A stretch of 62,754 bases of DNA, the filler included, from Sluysia triapertura (lineage: Eukaryota), in NCBI GenBank assembly GCA_046118255.1. It is 5 parts of 5 records of this genome, joined end to end, with 100 filler letters (N's around TTAATTAATTAA, not from the genome) between each part and the next. Parts side by side here need not be neighbours in the genome. Positions count along the whole stretch, not along the records: positions 49,388 to 62,754 come from JBJNIA010044016.1; 4 more parts are not named here. The stretch is one strand, 5' to 3'. The position numbers were made by a program, and so were the translations under genes. Shown one piece after another: positions 53,546 through 62,754 of this stretch. The notes under the pieces were generated by a model, which had not been told where the DNA came from, did no database searches, and saw only the letters and a list, made by a program, of their open reading frames with translations. Within the stretch, counting starts at the first letter, position 1, and each line of letters begins with the position of its first letter.

Positions 53546-56023
53546 TATAATACATAAAATTATAAAAGGTCATTTATAAATAATTATACACATTGGGACA
53601 TGTATAATTTAGCTTCATTGAGAATATGTATTGTTCACTAAAACTTGATTATGGTATAGTTGCTTCTGTTTCTGCTTCTGCTGCTCTGTTTGTTGTACTC
53701 AAATATAATGAAGGAGGACAAATGTTATAACAAGAGTTAGATATCAAAAGCAAACATTCGTGCAAGTAAGACGATACAGATGCAGAGAGGTATCCATATA
53801 AAAAATGCAGAATTGTATTTGAGAAATATAAGGTAACATGTGATGAAAAAGAGAAAGGTATGGAGAACAATTTACACAAGATTAAATTTAAGGACTGAGA
53901 ATTGGAATTAAAAAGGAAGGCGTGAAATTATTAATTAAGAATTAAATTGAATTGAACAGTTGTAAATTTCAGAAACAGGCAGATTTAATAAATTGTAAAA
54001 TTATTAAAATTTATCTGATTTTAAATTTCAAGGTTACTAGAGGTTTATAACGAGGATGAAGATGTTCTCAGTATCATTAATATAAATTTGATAATTAAAA
54101 AACATATTACATAAATATATATTAATGTAATAACACTTGTAAAAATTATTATAAACTATTTCTGTTCAAAATAAATTAAGCATAATACCAAACACTTTAG
54201 GTTCGCACAATAATTCATATGATGACGAAATGTAGCGTAATATATTTTGGTACTTTTAGTAATAAATGCTTTTCGAAAGTATGTTTTTTGAAAAACATTA
54301 AAATTTGCAAAGTTTAAATGACAATAATTTTTAACTGTTTTAATCAGCTTATAGCCTTATGTTACAATTAACTTGTAAGAGAAGTTCATTGGTATAAAAT
54401 CTACTGCGGAAATCAACCCATAATGACGACCGAAGTTATATGTTACAAAAATAATTTTAAATTTAGTTACATAATTTACATATATGCTGGAGCTTACATA
54501 AGTTTTCCCTTTTTCTTGCAAAATAAAAAGTTGGTTCGGCCTAGAGTAAGTGTCTTATATTCTTTTGGAAGGTACCTTTGAAGGAATTTTGGTTAGTTAT
54601 ATCAAGAAAGATCAAATGTATCACAATTCTACTCAAGTTGTGTTATTTCTTATTTCAGTTTTTATTTATTTTTTTATTTTATTTAATGGTTTCTATTAAT
54701 CTATGTTCGTTTCAACTCTTTCAAGTTATTCCTTTTGGAATAAAAAGAAAAGAAATTTGTACAATTACAATTAAGTTATTTGAATAGTTTAATGCCTTTA
54801 TACATTATAAATAATTTAAAATTCAAATAAAACAAGTTAAAATATGACTTGTGGATTATTCTTTAATATGGTCGCCATTGAGGACCCAACACATAATTAA
54901 AAATAACGAAGATTTATGGATAGCATGTGCAAATATATATTGCATTAAAAAGCTTCATCTAATGTTTTTTAATTAACAAATTTGAATCTTTTTGAAGTCG
55001 TATGTTTTCTTAAATAGTGTGTATTTTAATATTACATTTTATTTCAAATTTTTCAAAGTTATTTCTTTGAATCTAAGTGATTAAAGATGTTTTAGTTTAC
55101 TTCTAACATATTTATTATAATGTTATTCAAGCAATCAATTTGGTCAATAATGTTTCAAAGTAATCTTGTTTACCTTTTTTCTTGTTTATGATTTGGATCT
55201 AGGTCGATCATAAGTGTTATTCAAGCAAATTATGATAAGTGTAAGGATCCAGTATTTAAGAATACATATCTAAAATTATAAAACTTAAAATTAATAATAA
55301 TAATTAAAAATAACAAACCGTTTTCTGAAATCTAAACCATTAACTAAATAAATAAAGCAATTACTTGGACAAATAAAAACTTTTCCCAAATTAAAAATAT
55401 TGAATTTAAAATAATCAAAGTTTACTTCAGATCTGAAATAAAAATTAAACATTTTAATTAAAGTTTAAATTGAATAAATAAAAAGGTAATCTAATAATTA
55501 CTGAATTGGTATACAAAGCCGAGCTAAAAGTTATATACAACATAAATTTTTAAAACTCTGCTTGTGGCAAAGACCTTGAATAATTCATTTGAAGATATTT
55601 GACATTTGGTGAAGTTTATAATTCGTTTGAAGATATTCGATATTGCAAGTCATTAAAATTACTTGTTGAGAATTGTTCAGCATAATTTTACAAACTTCAA
55701 TTAGCGAGATTTCTCAAAGTGATCGTCTCGAGCGGATTTTGTACAAAAACAGTTTTCTTATAGGTAATTTTGTCTTAGTTTTTTAAGACTCGAACTATTA
55801 CTTAAAATAATTAATCACAACAAAGCTCTTTTAGGGTTGGAGGATATTTGTTTATGGTTAAATTGTTAATAATGTTATTTGTTAAGTTAATAGTAGATAT
55901 TACATTATAATACATTAATCTAGGAAAATTTATAAAAATTAACACTAATTAAATTTATTTTTAAAATTTCTTTCACTACGTTATTATTGTAATCAGTACT
56001 TAAGAAAAAACGTAAAATTTTAT

Positions 56024-58449
56024 TATTAGATAAAATACAACTAAATTTTATTACATTTATTTTCAAAAATTTTTGGTTATATGTTACTAAATACATTTTG
56101 GTACGTGCTGGATCTCTTCAGTTGTAGAACCCTGAAATATAAGTGATAAAAATAAAAGTAATCATAGTTAAAGGAAATTTCGATTACTTTAATAGGAAAT
56201 TCACTAACTAAACATGATTTAGTGTTATCATGTTGAAAATGTTTTTGAAGACCACTTTAGTTGAGCTTGTTGCAAGATGAATTGAACGTATCGAAGTCAA
56301 TAGATTGTACATTCTTTGCCTAAGATTTCTTGATTCTTGTCCATTTTTATTCATTTGAAGAACACTGTGGTAAAAACTGCATGATTTGCCGTACACGACG
56401 CAAACTCCCAGAACGTCCGATTGATATGGGCATAGTACCACGTGTTTTTGACTAGATAAGGTAATATTAGCAAAAGAAATTGAATGGTCACAATCTTTAT
56501 CGATTCTTCAATACGTGGCTTTAATGAAGACATTAATTGTTTGCACAAAATTACATTCATGTCTGGTTTAAATAATACTGACGATTTAGTACGATTAATA
56601 GCCGCTTTATCACAATAATTTTGAGGTATTACGTTACGTTTTGATATATCGTATGTCGTTATAAATTCAGAAAAGTTATCTAAACGCAATATTTCATACG
56701 ACACGTTACGATGTAAACTATTTTAGTTTAAATAGATCTTCAAACTCTTTCGATCATAAATAATCTAAATTATGAACATTATCATGATATAAATTACTTT
56801 CATTAATAAGAACTATGTAAGGTCGATATTTTGGATCCGAAAATTTTCTCACTAAGTGTCATTTAACAGATTTAAATGACACTTTTGTTGATACTATATA
56901 AGGGGCTTTCTATGAAATCGGGGATATGAAATTCTTTTTCGGTGTTTAGATTCATATAGCACACTTTGTAAATTGCTAGCAATTTTTATAGGTTGGATGA
57001 TATATCTCTACATCTGACTTTGATGACACGATATACTGCTGTTTCTTATGAAATCCAACGACATCTAAGATAGTTTGAATTATATTTTTTAAGTCACTGC
57101 AATAAAAGAATCTATTTTCATCATATACTAAATTAAATATTATTTCATCACTTGAGAGATCGAGTACATATTCATCATTAAGAACATTACGTTGTTCTGT
57201 GTGTTTACATCCAGCTTTATAGTGGCACAACTTTGTATTTTCCACTAAACAAATCTACTTATTAATTTCAGAATCAACAATATGTAGAATATTTTCATAT
57301 TTATTTTCATGAAAAATTTGATAACTAGAACATCATTTATTATTTCAATCGAGGGATTTGATTGTTATTGTTGTGATCGTTTTCGTTCGTATAGTAGTTA
57401 TTACATGAATACATCTTGTTATTACTAAAACTTATTTGTTCTGTTAAATGTCTTGAGAAATAGTTTTTTTCACTATTGAAATGTTTAAATTGTAAATCTA
57501 AATTATGAATTATTCTGAACTTTGTGCGTTTCTATTTTTATTTTTCTAACCAGCCATGCTGCAATATCTCTTATGATTGGACGTCCAATAAAAGTAACAA
57601 CTAGTATAATACAAAAATGGAATTGATTGGACCTCCAATCAAACTAGCTCGATTAATATTAATTGATGATTAAGTTGTGAAAATCCATGCTTGTCACCAT
57701 GCAGCTAAAAAGGGGTGACATTGAGAAATTGTGACAAGCAAAATGATATTATACATTCAGTAACTGTCATCAATCGACAGTCAACAATATATGCTGAAAT
57801 GTTTTTAATTAAACTGTCGACTGGTGACAGACTATGAAATGGAAATAATAATGTTAGTGACAAATTGATACTAATAATAATTATATAATGATAATGATCT
57901 TGATAATAAAAATGATTTTGATAATAATAAAAATGAAAATAATAATAACAATGTATATAAAACACATAAACTCTTTTAAATTCTTTGCTTACAAGATCTT
58001 TTCTTTACTTTCTTAACTTATAAATCTTTAATAAATCACATAAAATACTCTTTTATCTTTATTCTTTCAAAGTTTTTTACATAAAAATAGAATTAATTTA
58101 AATGAAGTTCTTTTGGATTAGAATGACTTTAACGTGTGAGTTTAATGTTTTTCTCTGATGTTAATGATTGAGTTGAAGAATTGTGAATGTTTTGGATTAA
58201 TTTTAACATGTATATTTGATAATTTGAAATGTAAATAGTGATTCTAATGTTAAATTGTCAATTAAAATTGTTTTAAATGAATGTACATTAACGGTTTTGA
58301 ATGTAAATATAATTTTAATGTTATAAGGTTGTAAATTTAAAATGTTTTGCAATGTAAATATAATAGATCTGAGAAAGTAAAATGTTAATAATTGTGATAT
58401 TTCATGTAAAATAAAAATTTTTAATTTTGAATAAAAAGGTTGGTCACCA
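56024..58449 (-). mobile_element. CCCH cassette, copy B (long form, frameshifted)
   Basis: TGGTGACCAAC at 58449-58439, with leader and promoter colinear with copy A. The broken ORF chain 57245-56208 ends in VLCPYQSDVLGVCVVYGKSCSFYHSVLQM (C-x9-C-x6-C-x3-H, 56432-56367). Confidence 0.65.
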
Positions 58450-58794
58450 AAGCTCTAATTTTGGTTAGAGACATTTTGAGTTTTTGCAAATCACTAAACT
58501 GTATTAGAAAATTCCATCTAGTAATAAATTATTATTTATTAGTTCTATATTTATCTTTTAATTCATTTGGTATTTTGTATAATAAATATTCCAAAACCCT
58601 TAACTCTTACTTCTTGATATTAAAAAAATTGAAAGAAAATTGATAAATTGATATAATTTAGAAATAAAAGAAAGAAAAAATTAATAAAGTATTTGTTAAT
58701 AAAATCACTGAAGCATATTTGCAGAGTAAGATTTATAATTTGTTGCCAATTAAGGATATGCAAGATAATTATGTTAATGTGGTTATTTATTTGA

Positions 58795-59718
58795 ATTTTA
58801 TTCTACGTGAAACCCTTTCTGTATTAGACTTCCTCACTTAAGAGCTAATACGTAAGTGAACATAAAATAGTTATTGGAGGTTTTATAAAGAAACGTTGGT
58901 AACCTAGCTAAAGAGCTAATGCAGTGGTGTCAGAATTTAGTTCCTGTCTTATTGTAATGACAGATTGAAACTATGTAAATTACGTCAGACCTCAAAAGAG
59001 AAATCTGCAATTATTAGTATAGAAAATGTAATTATGTGAGAATTAGAAATTTTATGTTTAGTATCTGAAAGGTTATCATTAGCATTATTTATATTATTTA
59101 ATTGACTATAGAAATTGTTATCTACTTTTACGTAATACGAACAAGTTATTAGCACACAACAAAAGTAATTCAAAATTTCTTTATTTAGTCTCAATAAAAT
59201 TTGTTTCATAATCGCTCTTGAATCATGTAAGAGAGAAAAAGTCAAACACATAACGCTTACATTGTCTAAGGGTAAAACTTCCAACTGACTTGAGCCAAAT
59301 GCGCTGCCCAGTATCGTTGATATCAGAACAATTCGTATGACAATTAAAAACAACGTTTATTATGACAAAAACGTTGTTACAATAAAATAAATTATAGGGA
59401 TAATATTGCTATAATATTTACATAAAAATTACAAAAATTAAACACTGGGTAATAATTTTGATTTTATTTAAATGAATTTTAAAAATATATTAAAAAGACC
59501 TTACATCAAATAAATATTGTGTAACTTAAAGTAAAATCGACTAACGGAACTATTTGATATTTCAGAGAACAATATCTGTACTGTTTAAAGTAACACAAAA
59601 CTGTTATATTTTCTACAATGATATTTATATACATTTAGAACTGGAACTGAAAGAAGAAATTCAACAATGGCGTAAAAAGAAATTAAAGGAAAAGTTACAA
59701 TCTAAAATTGACGGTTGA
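58795..59718 (+). pseudogene. Tentative UBE4/Ufd2-like (U-box) gene remnant with a clean terminal exon
   Basis: Exon-like 59639-59718 (after TTTAG) reads LELKEEIQQWRKKKLKEKLQSKIDG*, resembling the UBE4 C-terminal helix. Weaker upstream pieces are ETLSVLDFLT*E, NYVRPQKRNLQ and VKLPT...IVDIRTI. Confidence 0.3.
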
Positions 59719-60554
59719 ATAATTCAACTTTTTTATTGGATAATTTATTTGTTTTTAAGAAAAACATGTGAATTTTAATTTCTTTTGTATATATTTAAAG
59801 TATTTTTATTTTTGAATTATTTAATAAATAATTTATTTCGTACAAATTTCACCAAAGTGATATTACAAGTTAAATATTTCCATTTTAAAATATAATTAAA
59901 AATATGAAACAAAGAAATAATATGATTATTGCTTCTTCAAATGATAAGTTTCTGTACATCTTTTATTATCGTTGAAATTAATTACAATTTAGTAATAAGT
60001 CGTCTAAAATAGCGTAGATTTTAAAATGAAACTTTCAGATTATTAATTGTTAAAATTATATAAGAGTATTAGATGCGCTATTTATGGTTTTAAATGTTTG
60101 GTTTAATTTGTATTTCGTGTACAAATTGTAAAATTTAATTATATTTGTGTTATTTACTTTAGTGGGATTCATTGAAATTTAATTTGTTTTCAGTGATTTG
60201 GATTATGTAGTTTGTCTTTCAAATATGGATTCTGTTTAATGGTAATTCGTATATTTACCATTATATCAATCGGAAATTTGCTAACTTACCAACTAGATTT
60301 CAAAATCTGGTATTAAACCTACTTTAACAATCAATGTCTATGTATCATCGCAATTCAGTTCTGTTATAGTTAGGAATTCTTGATTCTTTTTTATTTATTA
60401 TTATTCGATCAAATTCATTGTGAAAAACGTAACGTTTCAGTGCTTCATTTTTGAAATTCACACCAGGCAATTGTTTTAATAGTATTGTTGGGGTAAAAGG
60501 CCTAAAAGTGCCATTTAGTAAAATTGAATTTAATAAAAATGAAAATGTTAAATG

Positions 60555-60625
60555 GGGCTGATAGATCAGTGGTAGAGCATCGATTGCGCAGACGATGGTC
60601 CCGGGTTCGATCCACGGTCAGTCCA
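60555..60625 (+). tRNA. tRNA-Ala-like gene or pseudogene (member of a repeat family)
   Basis: Acceptor stem GGGCTGA/TCAGTCC with G3:U70 and discriminator A, A-box TAGATCAGTGGTAGAGC, T-arm CCGGG-TTCGATC-CACGG, and TTTT immediately after. The anticodon arm around CGC is imperfect. Confidence 0.65.
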
Positions 60626-62754
60626 TTTTATGAAGTCTAACAGTATTGAGTTTTGAGGAAAATTTAGTCTCAAGGTGTTTCTGCGTTTCATAAATACAGG
60701 AGAACTTGTCATAAACCTTGATATAAATCATAAATTTTCATATATTCTTATTTACTATGTTGAACAGCTCATAAATAACTGTACCGATCTTGTGTCTCTG
60801 CGATTTATTATATATTTCATTTGATTTTCATTAGTAAAATGTGACAAGTTTTTTTGCAATTAAATTTGGACATTGTTAAGAACTAATTTAATATTAATAT
60901 TGAACTTCTTCAGTGCAAATATAAAAATTAGCACAACGATATTTTTGTTGACCACTTAATCATTTGAGTAAGTCGTCAAGTTTTAATGCTTTTCTCTTGC
61001 CCTTGTTACTTTTTCGTATCGTCGTAGTGTTATCTAACAATTCGTTTTTATCGTTAATTTTACAATGTTTATTTGACAATTATAATGTTTAATATCCAAA
61101 TATTGTTCTTTTCATCACTGTTTATGAAATGTATGTTATAATGCGTAATATATTTAAATATAATTACAGTAATGTCTTGTGCGTTTAAGGCAATAGCTAT
61201 GAACATGATATATGAAAAGTTTTTTGAAGATATGAGGTTTTGCGTCAATCATAGAATGGAATTTAATATCTTAAGAATTTGTGTATATGTGAATCCACCT
61301 GAAATCCAAGTCAGGAATATAATTATTCTTAATTTAGAAGGTCAAATATAATTTTACCGATAAAATTATATGCTTATATGCGTTCAGCTTTCATGCAAAT
61401 TAAATATTAATTTAAAATTTTAATATGGAATTGAATAATGAAGTACGCTGAATTAATAAATTTATCACAAAATGCAGATGTAGTACAAAACTACGTATGG
61501 AAAATAGAGAAAATTTTAGAACTTTCAAAGGTATAACTTAAATTTAAATAAAAGCTTAATGCTTGAAAACAATTATTCAAGAATAACTACCATCTCTTAA
61601 TATTATTGATTTAACAACCCTGAGGTTGTTTCAGTAGTATGGATTGTTACTATTCATCGCTATATAATTTAATTTTAAAACCGGGATCATTTAATTGTTA
61701 ATTTCGTTTTGTTGGGATTGGTTAAGGGTAAGGAGAAACAAGGGTTTAATGTAAAGTTTAAAGCTATATTTAATGAAGTTATTTATTTATGTAATAAAAA
61801 TGCTTATTAACTTATTTAAGATTTAGATTAATATTATTAAAGATTTGAAATGACTTTATAAAATGAATTTAAACTAAGACAAACGAAATAAGGCATTCTG
61901 ATAGATTTATTAACTAGATTACAGTTTGAGAGAGAAAGAGCTCGTTGGAATAAGAACGATAAACAATCACACAAGAAAATTACTTTTGAGTTGTTTAATT
62001 GTTCAAATTGGAAAATAAGGCAAACGGGATGATGCTTTAACTCGGTAGCTGTGGAAGAAAAATTTCAAAATACCTTATGAACCGAGAACATGCCATCTGT
62101 ATGCATGATTAATTCATCCTTATCTCGCTTCAAGTAGAAGATGTAATATAATACATTATGAATTTATATGTAACATTTAGATTCATAATGAATTTGAAGG
62201 CTTTAACATCACAATTATGAAATTGATACATATTGTCTAAAGAAATGATAATTATTAGTTCAATATTAAATGTTTCCTGAATTGGTAATTAAATTATAAT
62301 TTGAAATTTTAATTTTTGGAAAATTATTCGTCACCATTTTCATTGAACAATTATGTCATAAAATTGTGTATACTACTATATTTGGTATCCATTATATATC
62401 AGCCAATAAGGCAACTCTTTACTGTCAATATGTATATTATGTAAATTTTTGTAAATTATATAAATTTTATTTATTACTTGATTGATACTTATTATTCGAC
62501 ATTTTATATGTTTTTAATCATCAAATAATTATTTCTATTATATTAAATTCAATAAATTAAAATGAAAAATCTTTTAAAATTTAAATTATAAAATAAAATA
62601 AAATTTTAATTTTATTGGGATTGCCCGACTTTGGATTAAGAGACGAGTAAAAGACAGAATTACAAATGAAGAAAGAATTGATGAGAAGTAATAGATGAAG
62701 TATTATGAACATCGTTGAAACAAGAATCATGAAAGAGAGAACATTTATAATAAT

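Noticed and set aside
57705-57965. 86-aa H/Y-rich ORF, and most other 60-120 aa ORFs in the track
   Set aside because: Low-complexity I/L/F/K/N/Y composition, often with non-ATG starts, as expected by chance in AT-rich non-coding DNA.
1-62754. CRISPR array, rRNA or prokaryotic operon
   Set aside because: No repeat-spacer periodicity, rRNA motifs or dense ORF packing; the sequence is eukaryotic repeat-rich DNA.

Overview
Very AT-rich eukaryotic DNA with abundant (AAT)n microsatellites. Composition is consistent with an invertebrate such as a planarian, but the sequence alone cannot prove this. The window is five contigs joined by artificial 100-bp spacers (N44-TTAATTAATTAA-N44). It is gene-poor and mostly decayed mobile DNA: a Tc1/mariner-type transposase, a Merlin/ISXO2 transposase, a Ty3/Gypsy gag, an L2/CR1-type RT fragment, a possible CRE-clade LINE relic, and piggyBac- and hAT-like ends. 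The only clearly intact long ORF that looks like a host gene encodes a single-pass membrane protein (2335-3165). The most notable signal is a dispersed cassette family seen four times on four contigs. Each copy has a PBS-like motif TGGTG(G/A)CCAA(C/A), an AC-rich leader and a downstream ORF with an unusually spaced CCCH zinc finger (C-x9-C-x6-C-x3-H where intact). A second signal is a multi-copy tRNA-Ala-like gene whose 3' end matches (11/12 nt) a PBS next to an LTR-like end. All translations and alignments were done by eye, with no database searches.
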